Shown one piece after another: positions 23,725 through 35,640 of a DNA stretch of 64,000 nt. A program made the position numbers and the translations under genes. Source of the DNA: Mobula hypostoma (Eukaryota). The stretch spans positions 94,614,001 through 94,678,000 of the forward strand of contig NC_086107.1 of NCBI RefSeq assembly GCF_963921235.1, read 5' to 3'. Every line of letters begins with the position of its first letter. Within the stretch, counting starts at the first letter, position 1. The notes beneath the pieces were generated by a model. It searched no databases, was not told where the DNA came from, and saw only the letters and a program-made list of their open reading frames with translations.

Positions 23725-25010
23725 CAACCAACACACATCAAAGTTGCTGGTGAACGCAGCAGGCCAAGCAGCATCTGTAGGAAGAGGTGCAGTCCACGTT
23801 TCAGGCCGAGACCCTTCGTCAGGACTAACTGAAGGAAGAGTGAGTAAGAGATTTGAAAGCTGGAGGGGGAGGGGGAGATGCAAAATGATAGGAGAAGACA
23901 GGAGGAGGAGGGATAGAGCCGAGAGCTGGACAGGTGATAGGCAAAAGGGGATACGAGAGGATCATGGGACAGGAGGTCTGGGAAGAAAGACAAGGGGGGG
24001 GGGACCCAGAGGATGGGCAAGAGGTATATTCAGAGGGACAGAGGGAGAAAAAGGAGAGTGAGAGAAAGAATGTGTGCATAAAAATAAGTAACAGATGGGG
24101 TACGAGGGGGAGGTGGGGCCTAGCGGAAGTTAGAGAAGTCGATGTTCATGCCATCAGGTTGGAGGCTACCCAGATGGAATATAAGGTGTTGTTCCTCCAA
24201 CCTGAGTGTGGCTTCATCTTTACGGTAGAGGAGGCCGTGGATAGACATGTCAGAATGGGAATGGGATGTGGAATTAAAATGTGTGGCCACTGGGAGATCC
24301 TGCTTTCTCTGGCGGACAGAGCGTAGATGTTCAGCAAAGCGGTCTCCCAGTCTGCGTTGGGTCTCGAGCAAAGCGGTCTCCCAGTCTGCGTCGGGTCTCG
24401 TCCAAAATGATAGGAGAAGACAGGAGGGGGAGGGATAGAGCCAAGAGCTGGACAGGTGATAGGCAAAAGGGGATACGAGAGGATCATGGGACAGGAGGTC
24501 CGGGAAGAAAGACAAGGGGGGGGGGACCCCTCCAAAATGACTTGGCTCTATCCCTCCCCCTCCTGTCTTCTCCTATCATTTTGGACCACCTCCCCCTCGT
24601 ACCCCATCTGTTACTTATTTTTATGCACACATTCTTTCTCTCACTCTCCTTTTTCTCCCTCTGTCCCTCTGAATATACCTCTTGCCCATCCTCTGGGTCC
24701 CCCCCCCCCTTGTCTTTCTTCCCGGACCTCCTGTCCCATGATCCTCTCGTATCCCCTTTTGCCTATCACCTGTCCAGCTCTTGGCTCTATCCCTCCCCCT
24801 CCTGTCTTCTCGTATCATTTTGGATCTCCCCCTCCCCCTCCAACTTTCAAATCTCTTACTCACTCTTCCTTCAGTTAGTCCTGATGAAGGGTCTCGGCCT
24901 GAAACGTCGACTGCACCTCTTCCTATGGATGCTGCTTGGCCTGCTGCGTTCACCAGCAACTTTGATGTGTGTTGCTTGAATTTCCAGCATCTGCAGAATT
25001 CCTGTTGTTT
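23725..25010 (-). mobile_element. Penelope-like retroelement 3' end: GIY-YIG C-terminus flanked by inverted terminal repeats, 14-bp TSD
   Basis: Minus ORF ETQRRLGDRFAEHLRSVR…PVATHFNSTSH…LRLEEQHLIFHLGSLQPDGMNIDFSNFR* (stop at 24120). ~390-bp arms at 23728-24116 and 24586-24985 are near-perfect reverse complements. TSD acatttcactgtat at 23711-23724 and 25011-25024. Confidence 0.9.
24877..24912 (+). ncRNA. Minimal type I hammerhead ribozyme motif in the Penelope terminal repeat
   Basis: agtc-CTGATGA-AGG-gtctcgg-CCT-GAAA-CG-TC-gact: stem I agtc/gact, catalytic boxes CUGAUGA and GAAA, stem II AGG/CCU, palindromic ACGU in place of stem III, GUC cleavage triplet. Confidence 0.8.
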
Positions 25011-25687
25011 ACATTTCACTGTATGTTTGGGATTCGATTCTGCTCAGCACAATCGTTGCTGATCTGATTTGATGCCAATGATGCATGTTGCTGTATGTTT
25101 CGATGTACATGTAACAAATAAAGTTAACCTTCATCTCTTACCTGCTATCAGATTCCCGAACAGTCCGTGAACCTGCGAACATGACCTTGTTATTCACCTT
25201 TTACACTCTCCATTTATTTTTGTAGCTTCTAGTCATCTTAATGTCTTGCCACAAAACAACAAATTTAACAACATGTGATTCTGATCTCTGTCCCTTGGTC
25301 TGCAATACCAAAACCCAGATCACGGCTGGTCACTGTGCCACTGTTTGCAAAGACTGTCGGTCACCTACAACACTCACTGGGCTCCTGAAGTAAACCCCCG
25401 TGGGAAATTGAAATGTATACACTGGGAATACTCACAAGATTAGGCGGTGTCTGAGGGGAGAGAAGCAGAGAGAACATGTTATTAGCCTTTTCTCAGGTTT
25501 GGGTGAATCAAGAACTTCAGGGCATAAGGGTTAAGGTGAGGTGGAGGGGGGTGGGGACTTAATAGGAACCTTGTTCACCTATGGGGTGGTCAATATATGA
25601 ATGAGCTGCCAGAAGAAGTGGTGAGGCAGGTACATTAATAATGTTTAAAAGGTACTGGGACAGTGCATGGATAGGGAAGTTTAGGGC

Positions 25688-25766
25688 AAGGGTTCCCAAC
25701 CTGGGCTCCATGGATCCTTCAGTTAATGCTAGAGGTCCATGATATAAAAAAAGTTGGGAGCCCTGG
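25688..25766. mobile_element. hAT/Charlie-like MITE (~80 bp); related copies at ~41153-41232 and ~41430-41487
   Basis: TIRs caagggttcccaac…gttgggagccctg with degenerate ntctagan-like flanks. Confidence 0.6.
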
Positions 25767-28700
25767 GTCTAAAGGACATGTGTCAAATGCAGACAAATGT
25801 GACTCTTGGTCGGCCATTTTAGTCAAAGGGCCTGTTCCATGCTGTGTGATCCTGAAGATCGAACCGTGACCCGCACTTCGATAGGTGGGTTATAGGTGGT
25901 CTTCTCCTCCCACACCATCCTATTCAATACCTTTCCCAACCTCCTCCATCATCCCCTCACCCTCCCTCCCATCACTCCAACACTCCCTCAGAACCCCCCA
26001 CAATGTTCCACCCATCCTCCATCCCCTCCTCCACTCTCCTCCCAATACAAACACTCCCTCAAACCCCACTGCAACTGTCCACCCCTCATGAAATGCTCCC
26101 CGCCCTCCCTCCCATCACTCAAACCCCTTCATTCACCTCCTCACCCCTCCCCCACCCCACACTCACTCAGAAGTCCCCCACTGTTCCACCCATCCTCTAT
26201 CCCCACCCCCACTCTCCTCTCAACACCCAAAAAACCCCCTCAACCCCATCCCCCCCTTATCCCACCCTCCTCCCAACACCTCTTCATTGAACCCCACTGT
26301 CTATTTCCAACAAGGGGAGAGGAGTTTCACCCGCATCCTCCCCCTGTCAGACTCTGCTTTGCCCCTTCAGGGAGGGTTTAGCTTCAGCTGATGGCCCCAA
26401 TGCTCTGGCTTCTCCCAGCCCTGCACTGGACTAGTCCCTGTCCCCTCCCTGTCCTGGGCAGCTCAGTTGCCCCGGCTGAGAGTTGCATTAGGACACAGAA
26501 ACCGGGGCTGTGACTGGGCTGACTGACCGTGTCCTCACCACACATGAATGCACGCACGTATATGTGCACACATTCACACTCACATGTACAAAAACACACA
26601 AAACTATACGTGCAAAAGAGACGTACACACATGAGCATCCACACAGAAGCTAGTGCGCGCTCTCTCTCTCTCACACACACACACACCAAAAACATGCATA
26701 CAAAAGCACATTCACACGCACAACATGCACAAAAACACTCGTGCATGGTTGTCTTTCTCCACTTTGGAGTGTTGAAGGCTGAGGGATAACAGTTAACAGT
26801 CAGTCTTTTTTCCCCCAGGGTAGAAATGTTAAATACTAGAGAGCATGCGTTTAAGGTGAGAGGGGATAAGTTGAAAAGAGATGCACTGGGCATGGTTTTT
26901 TGCAGAGAAAATGGTACAGGGGGTTGGTGGTGGGAGCAGATATGATAGAGGCACTTGGGCACATGAATACACAGGGATCAGTGGGATGTGCATCAAACAC
27001 AGTGAGATATTTAGTTTAATTTGCATTGTGTTCTGCAGACTTCATGGGCCTGATCCTGTACTCTACTGGTGTATGTTCTATGTACTAAATCTAGAAATTA
27101 AAAGTAATATCAATAATGATAATTATATTGTTGTAAAAGGTTAAATAATGTTCTTCAGGTAAGATCAGCTGAGCTCATCCAGTTTGGTTTTCATTGGAAT
27201 TGGTTTATTATTGTCACGTGTACCGAGATAACGGTGAAAAGTTTGTCTTGGATACTGGTCACACAGATCAGATGTGGGACTTTTGAGAGACTTTAAACTT
27301 TTTTACTGTGCCATGGTCTGTTCTTCATCAAGTTATGGTATTGTTGCACTGTTGTAACTGTATGTTATAATTATATGTTTTTTGTTAGTTTTTCAGTCTT
27401 GGTCTATCCTGTGTTTCTGTGATATCACACAGGAGGAATATTGTATCATTTCTTAATGCATGCATTACTAAATGACAATAAAAGAGGACTGCGTGTCCTC
27501 ATAATCTAATCTAATCATTACGTGGAGCATTGAGGTAAAACAAGGTAAAGCAGTAACAGAATGCAGAATAAAGTGTAGCAGCTACAAAGAAAGTGCAGTG
27601 CTGGTAAACGACGAGGTGCAAGATCATAACGAGGTAGATTGTGAGCTCAAGAGTTCAATTTATTGTGCTAAGGAACTATGCAATAGTCTTATAACGTTGG
27701 CATAGAAGCTGTCTTTGGGCCTGGTGCTACGTGCTTTTAGGCTTTTGTGTCTTATGCCTGGTGAGGGGGTGGGGAGAGAAGAGAGATTGTCTGGGGTGGG
27801 TGGGATCTTTGAGTATGCTGGCTGCTGCTGAGTCAGTGGGAAGTGCAGGAGTCCATCGAGGTGACTCCAGATGAACCAACTTGTCATTAGTTCTCAATTG
27901 CCCTGTGAAGTGGCCCCAACAAGTTCAAAGGCAACGGGGGGGGGGGCAGAGGGGTTGATAAATGTGGGCAAAGGTAACCATGTCCTGTTGCTGAAATCCA
28001 AAACTGAAAATATTGCAAACACTCAGCATCTGTGGAGAGAGAAACAGTCAATGAAATGCTTCAGGTTCAAAGACCTTTCGCCGCTAGCTACTTTCTATAA
28101 GTGAATTTTAAAATTTGGCTTCGAGTTTGTTTCTGTTTGATGAGTCCAATTCAGCTGTCTTGGCGACATATCATCTGCAGTCAGTTCCGGGAAGCTGGAT
28201 GTCCAGGAATATGGGGAAAGAAAAGACTGAAACAGATAATGACTTGATCTGTGGGAATTCATAGTGATTCCAATATCATGATGTGGTTTACTGTAAATGG
28301 CACAAGTCAGTCTCGCAGAATCAGTTTTGCTATTACTGACATAGATTGTGAAATCAGTTGTTTGTGGCAGCAGTGCAGTGCAAAGATGTAAAAATTACTC
28401 TAAGGTACAAAAATAAATAAAAAGTGCAAAAAGATGAACAATCAGGTTCCTGGACCATGCAGAAATCTAACGACAGAGGGGTAGAAGCATATGCTAGAAC
28501 GCTGAGTGTGAGACTTCAGGAAGTTACTACCTCCCTGATGGTAGTAATATGAAGAGGGCATATTCCAGATGGTCAGGGTCCTCCCTGATGGATGCTGGCT
28601 TCTGGAGACACTGTTGTGATGGCAAGGAGGGTTGTGCCTGTGATGGAGTCGGGTGAGTCGACAACCCTTAGCGGCAGCTTGCGATTCTTTGCGTTGGAGC

Positions 28701-29444
28701 CTCCATGCCAGGCTGAGATGCAACCTGCTCCTGTGTCCGAATGTGAGGGAGTGAAAGTTCAAAGGAGATATGCAGGGTAAGTTTTTTTTTACACAGAGTG
28801 GTGCGGGCCTGGAGTGCACTCCCTGGGTTGGTGATGGAGGCAGATACAACAGGGGAGTTTAAGGGTTTTTAGAGAGGCATATGGATGTGCAGGGAATGGA
28901 GGATATGGGCCACGTACAATTAGTTCAATTAGTTCACGACAACATTGTGGCTGAAGGGCCTGATCTGGCCCCGTACTGTTCTGTGTTCTATGTTCTGTTT
29001 CATGAAACTTGTACTGCCCTGTGACCTCAAGAAGCCACAAATTCTCCGACAGACAATGAAGCTGTTTGCAAAGGTAGGCTTTACTGGAATGTTGAACGAC
29101 GGCACTGGTCAACAGATATGGGTTGAGCAGGTTTTAGAGGTGCTGTTCAGGGGCCAAGGCATAAGAAGAATAGTCCTCTTGTGTTCATAGGACTCTCATG
29201 CCCTCGAAGAATAGGCGGGACCTCTCATTACCATCTCGTATCCAAGAACGTTCCTCTGACAGTGCCATTCTGCCACAGGACAGGATTTATAGATTCATAC
29301 AGCTTGGAAACAGGCCATTTGGCCCATCTAGTCCAGGTTTTTATTTATTTAGCGATAGAGCACGGAGTAGACTCTTCCAGCCCTTTGAGCAGCTCCGCCC
29401 CAGCAACCCCCGACTGATCACGGGACAATTTACAATGACAACTT

Positions 29445-32400
29445 ATAGAGCGGGTATAGGAGGAATGGGCAACGGAGCAGAGGGAGACAGAGTAGGAAAG
29501 CTTTGGCTCAACGGGGCTTAGGTGATAACGGGTCAACGCGAGGTAGGTTATCTGTTTAGAATACAGACAGAAAGTACGTGCGTGAGGCTGGTTTTCTGTG
29601 CTCGATGTCAGATGTGGGAAGTCCTGGAGACTCCCAGCCTCCCGGACGGCCACATCTGCACCAGGTACGTCGAGCTGCAGCTCGTTAGGGACCGTGTTAG
29701 GTAACTGGAGATGCAGCTCGATGACCTTCATCTGGTCAGGGAGAGTGAAGAGGTGATAGATAGGAGCTATAGGCAGGTAGTCACTCTGGGCCCTCAGGAG
29801 ACAGATAAGTGGGTAACAGTCAGAAGAGGGAAGGGCAAGAGGCAGATGCTAGAGAGTACCCCAGTGGCTGTCCCCCTTAATAATAAGTACTCCTATTTGA
29901 GCACTGTTGGGGGAGATGGCCTACCTGGGGGAAGCAACAGTGGTCACGCCTCTGGCACAGAGTCTGGCCCTGTGGCTCAGAACGGTAGGGGAAGGAAGAG
30001 GATGGCAGCAGTGATAGGGGACTCTATAGTTAGGGGGTCAGACAGGCAATTCTGTGGATGCAGGAAAGAAATGCGGATGGTAGTTTGTCTCCCAGGTGCC
30101 AGGGTTTGGGATGTTTCTGATCGCATCCACGATATCTTGAAGTGAGAAGGTGAACAGCCAGAGGTTATGGTACATATTGGTACCAATGACGTAGGTAGGA
30201 AAAGGGAGGAGGTCCTGAAAACAGACTACAGGGAGTTAGGAAGGAAGTTGAGAAGCAGGACCTCAAAGGTAGTAATCTCGGGATTACTGCCTGTGCCACG
30301 TGACAGTGAGTATAGCAATAGAATGAGGTGGAGGATAAATGCGTGGCTGAGGGATTGGAGCAAGGATCAGGGATTCAGATTTCTGGATCATTGGGACCTC
30401 TTTTGGGCAGGAATGACCTGTACAAAAAGGACAGGTTGCACTTGAATCCCAGGGGACCAATATCCTGGTGTGGAGGTTTGCAAAGGCTATTGGGGAGAGT
30501 TTAAGCTAGAATTGCTGTGGGATGAGAACTGAACTGAAGTGATGGAGGATTGGGCAGTTGGCTCACAAGTAGAGAAAGCTTGGAGACAGTGCAAGAGGGA
30601 GGATTGGCAGGTGATAGAGAAGGGATGCGCTCAGATCAATGGTTTGAGATGTGTCTATTTTAATGCAAGGAGTATTAAGAACAAAGCGGATGAGCTTAGA
30701 GCATGGATCAGCACTTGGAGCTATATGTGGTCATTACAGAGTCTTGGATGGTGCAGGGGCAGGAATGGCTACTTTAAGTGCCAGGCTTTAGCTGTTTCAT
30801 AAGGACAAGGAGGGAGGCAAAAGAGGTGGGGGCATGCCACTGTTGATCTGATATAGTGTCACGGCAACCGAAAAGGAGGAAGTCATGGAGGGGTTGTCTA
30901 CGGAATCTCTGGTGGAAGTTAGGAGTAGGAAGGGGTCAATAACTCTACTGGGTGTTTTTTATAGACCACCCAATGGTAACAGGGACATTGAGGAGCAGAT
31001 AGAGAGACAGATTCTGGAAAGGAGTAATAATAATAACAGGGTTGTTGCGGTGGGAGATTTTAACTTCCCAAATATTGATTGGCATTTCCCTAGAGTGAGG
31101 GGTTTAGATGGGGTGGAGTTTGTTAGGTGTGTTCAGGAAGGTTTCTTGACACAATATTTATAGATATACCTACAAGAGGAGAGGCTGTGCTTGATCTGGG
31201 ATCGGGAAATGAACCTGGTCAGGTCTGTCAGTGGGAGAGCATTTTGGAGATAGTGATCACAATTCTATCTCCTTTACCACAGCATTGGAAAGGGATAGGA
31301 ACAGACAAGTTAGGGAAATGTTTAATTAGAGTAAGGGGAAATATGAGGGTATCAGGCAGGAACTTGGAAGCATAAGTTGGAAACAGATGTTCTGAGGGAA
31401 ACGTATGGAAGAAATGTGGTAAATGTTCAGGGGATATTTGCATGGGGTTCTGCGTAGGTACGTTCCAATGAGACAGGGAAAGGTAGGGTACAGGAACTGT
31501 GGTGTACAAAGGCTGTTGTAAATCAAGTCAAGAAGAAAAGAGCTTACAAAGGTTCAAAAAAACTAGGTAATCATAGAGATCTGGAAGATTATAAGGAATT
31601 TGAGAATGAAATTAGGACAGCCAGAAGGGGCCATGAGAAGGCCTTGGTGGACAGGATTAAGGAAAACCCCAAGGCATTCTACAAGTACGTGAAGAGCAAG
31701 AGGATAAGACGTGAGAGAATAGGACCAATCAAGTGTGACAGTGGAAAAGTGTGTATGGAACCGGAGGATAAAGCAGAGGTACTTAATGAATACTTTGCTT
31801 CAGTATTCACTATGGAAATGGATCTTGGCGATTGTAGGGATGACTTGCAGCGGACTGAAAAGCTTGAACATGTAGATATTAAGGAAGAGAATGTGCTGGA
31901 CTGGAGCTTTTGGAAAGCATCAAGTTGGATAAGTCACCGGGACCGGATGGGATGTACCCCAGGCTACTGTGGGAAGTGAAGGAGGAGATTGCTGACCCTC
32001 TGGCGTTGATCTTTGCATCATCAATGAGGACGGGAGAGGTTCCAGAGGATTGGAGGGTTGCGGATGTTGTTCCCTTATTCAAGAAAGGGAGTAGAGAAAA
32101 TTATAGACCCCTGAGTCTTAGTTCAGTGATTGGTAAGTTGATGGAGAAGATCCTGAGATGCAGGATTTGTGAACATTTGGAGAGGCATAATATGATTAGG
32201 AATAGTCAGCATGGCTTTGTCAAAGGCAGGTCATGCCTTACGAGCCTGATTGAATTTTTTGAGGATGTGACTAGACACATGGATGAAGGTAGAACCGTAG
32301 ATGTAGTGTATATGGATTTCAGCAAGGCATTTGATAAGGTACCCCATGCAAGACTTATTGAGAAAGTAAGGAGGCTTGAGATCCAAGGGGACATTGCTTT

Positions 32401-34800
32401 GTGGATCTAGAACTGGCTTGCCCACAGAAAGCAAAGAGTGGTTGTAGACGGATCATATTCTGCATGGAGGTCGGTGAACAATGGTGTGCCTCAGGGATCT
32501 GTTTTGGGACCCCGACTCTTTGTGGTTTTTGTAAATGACCTGGATAAGGAAGTGGAGGGATGGGTTAGTAAATTTGCTGATGACGCAAAGGTTGGGGGTG
32601 TTGTGGATAGTGTGGAGGGCTGTCAGTGGTTATAGCGGGACATTGATAGGATGCAAGACTGGGCTGAGAAGTGGCAGATGGAGTTCAACACAGATAAGTG
32701 TGAAGTGGTTCATTTTGGTAGGTCAGATATGATGGCAGAATATAGCATTAATGGTAAGACTCTTGGCAGTGTGGAGGATGTGACAAGAGTACACATAAAT
32801 TAAGATGTTTGCTGGCCTGGGCTTGCACCAGTGGCATCAGCAGTGGTCTGCCACCTGTCCTCAGGGGAGGGAGAGATAAGCACACAATGAAGGAGGTGTT
32901 AATGAAGGAGCCATCAGTCTGGGTGTTGTGGGACGACAGTCATGGGACGACCTTTGTTATTGTGGTCCGGGACAAAACCAAATGAGAGATTACATTGATC
33001 GCAATTCATCAGTGTTTTTGGCCACTGTGAGGTTTGCTAAGTTGGAGCCTGGTCTAAGGGATTATTAATAACACATATAAAAGGGACGGAAAATGTGATT
33101 GCTGACTGTCTGTCAGGTGTTGACAGCTTCAAATTCTCTGTATTAGCCAAATAGCTGATAAAGATGTATATTTGTGTGTATCAAATAATGTACTCATGTT
33201 TGTAGTTTTTACCCTGGTAAAAATCCTTAAAGGGGGGAAGTGTGACGAGAATACACATAAATTAAGATGTTTGCTGGCCTGGGCTTGCACCAGTGGCATC
33301 AGCAGTGGTCTGCCACCTGTCCTCAGGGGAGGGAGAGATAAGGCACACAATGAAGCAGCATTTGGAGGTGTTAATGAAGGAGCCATCAGTCTGGGTATTG
33401 TCAAGATCGGCTCCCCCTTTGAACCCTGAACTGTTTGAAGTGATGGACAGGCGATACCCCAGCAGGGGGATAAAAAGGGACAGGTTCGCTAAGGCAGGAC
33501 ACACACGACACCCGAGGTAACAAGACCCTGGAAGCGGTGCGCCTCTCACAAGTCGGTGGAAAGTACCAGGCCATAAACGCACAGGGTGGAAAGGTACGAT
33601 CAGCGGGAACCCGGTGTGTGTCCACCCTTGCTTGGGTGCCGGGTTCACTGCAGAGGATTGACCGCATCTGGAGGAGGGGTCACAGTCGGTGACCCCAGGT
33701 GACATCACAAAGGACTCGCCCGAAAGCTGCTTGTGAGCAATATTGCCGGTCTGTGAGTGGAAGCCGTTTTTGAATGATCTTGTTCTCTCTCTCCTTCCCC
33801 CCAGATTGTCCATCGCCATGGCAACGATTACTGCGAACTGAACTAAATTGAACTGGACTTTGTGTCACTTTGAAATTGGTCATTTACCCCTAGACAACGA
33901 TAGAGCTTGATTGATCCTGTTATCTTAATTCTGTGCACATGTGTGTTTATCATTGCTGAGCTGTTGCATTTATTATCCTTTCGATTACTGTGTTGCTTGT
34001 TTCTTTAATAAAACTTTCTTAGATCTAGTAATCCAGACTCCAACTGAGTGATCCATTTCTGCTGGTTTGGCAACCCAGTTACGGGGTACGTAACAAGGAT
34101 CAGAGGGACCTTGGGGTCTGAGTCCATAGGACACTCAAAGCTGCTGTACAGGTTGACTCTGGTTAAGAAGGCATATGGTGCATTGGCCTTCATCAGTCGT
34201 GGGATTGAGTTTAAGAACCAAGAGGTAATGTTGCAGCTTTATAGGACCCTGGTCAGACCCCACTTAAGAGTACTGTGCTCATTTCTGGTTGCCTCACTAC
34301 AGGAAGGTTGTGGAAAACATAGAAAGGGTGCAGAGGAGATTTACAAGGACGTTGCCTGGATTGGGGAGCATGCCTTATGAGAATAGGTTGAGTGAACTCG
34401 GTCTTTTCTCCTTGGAGCAATGAAGGATGAGAGGTGACCTGATAGAGATGTACAAGATGATGACAGGCATTGATTGTTTGGATAGTCAGAGGCTTTTTCC
34501 CAGGGCTGAAATAGCTAGCACGAGAGGGCATAGTTTTAAGGTGCTTGGAAGTAGGTACAGAGGAGATGTCAGGGGTAAGTTTTTTATGCAGAGAGTGGTG
34601 AGTGTGTGGAATGGGCTGCCGGCGGCGGCAGTGGAGACGGAAACGATAGGGTTTTTTAAGAGACTCCTGGATGGCTACATGGCGCTTAGAAAAATAGAGG
34701 GCTATGGGTAAGCCTAGGTAGTTCTGAGGTAAAGACATGTTTGGCACGGCTTTGTAGGCCGAGGGCCTGTATTGTGCTGTAGGTTTTCTATGTTTCTATG
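29445..34800 (+). mobile_element. Near full-length inactive CR1 LINE: ORF1 zinc finger + SGNH esterase (~29570-30510) and ORF2 APE + RT (~30630-34711), interrupted by an LTR element
   Basis: ORF1: CARCQMWE…HICTR, VIGDSIVRG, HIGTND, FLDHW. ORF2: YFNARS, GVFYRPP, VGDFNFP, SDH, KSPGPDG, QHGFVKGRSC, YMDFSKAFDKV, GVPQGSVLGP, KFADD. Many stops and frameshifts; (tttctatg) tail; inserted within a SINE. Confidence 0.93.
32779..34095 (+). mobile_element. Gypsy-superfamily LTR retrotransposon remnant: partial 5' LTR, RNase H fragment, PPT and full 3' LTR (33241-34095)
   Basis: TG…CA ends and 4-bp TSD agga (32775-32778, 34096-34099). LTR start is repeated at 32779 and 33241; PPT aaaggggggaag lies immediately before 33241. 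Internal peptide HIKGTENVIADCLS. Confidence 0.88.
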
Positions 34801-35294
34801 ACCAATTAACCTACCCAGTACGTCTTTGGACTGTGGGAGGAAACTGGAGCACCCTGGGAAAAGCCTGGCATTCCACAGGGAGAGCATACAGAGACTACTT
34901 ATGGACGATGCCTGATTGATCTCTGAGCTCCGACACCCCGGACTATAATAGTGCCGCACCAACTGCTACGCTACCGTAGTGCCCGCAAGATTTCGACCAA
35001 GGTTCCCATCTGAGCTAGTCCAGTTTGCCTGATGAGTCTCTGAAGTAGGTTGTGGAATATCGGTTGAACAGCATTTTGAACAGTGTGAGCAATTTTGGGC
35101 CCTGTATCTAAGAGATGATGTTCTGGCATTGGAGAGGGTTCAGAGGAGATTTATGACAATGATCCCAGGAAAGAAAGGGTTAACATATGAGGAGCATTTA
35201 ATGCTCTGGGCCTGTACTCGCTCGAGTTTAGAAGAATGATATGGATTCTTATGAAACCTACTGGATATTGAAAGACCTAGATAGAGTGGAGGGT

Positions 35295-35640
35295 GGCGGG
35301 GTGGAGATGCGTCTCTACCAAAGGAGATGTAAGATGCTCCTTCCCTCTGCTAGCCTGCAGGTTACCCTTGGGCAAGGGTCGCGTGAAGCCAAGGGAGCAG
35401 GTGGTGGATGGTCGTACGAGCAGCTGGTGCACATCACAAGTCCTGGTTATGCAATGCGACGACTGATGCCAGGCAGACCATCTCTGAAGAGTATTAACAA
35501 TGGCTGGGTTCACCTGTCTTGTAAAGACACTGCCCAGAAGAAGGCAATGGCAAACCACATCTGTAGATTTGCCAAGAACAATCATGGTCATGGGACCATG
35601 GTCACCCACATCATACGACACAGCGCACTATGAATGAATG
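35295..35640 (+). mobile_element. SINE-like repeat inserted in a CR1 fragment; inverted copy at ~37215-37560
   Basis: The two regions are reverse-complement similar (…ctaccaaaggagatgtaag…gcaatggcaaaccac…). Confidence 0.6.

Noticed and set aside
25885..26962. Pro-rich and Cys/Val-rich ORFs
   Set aside because: Low-complexity C-rich and CA-rich DNA plus CR1 remnants.
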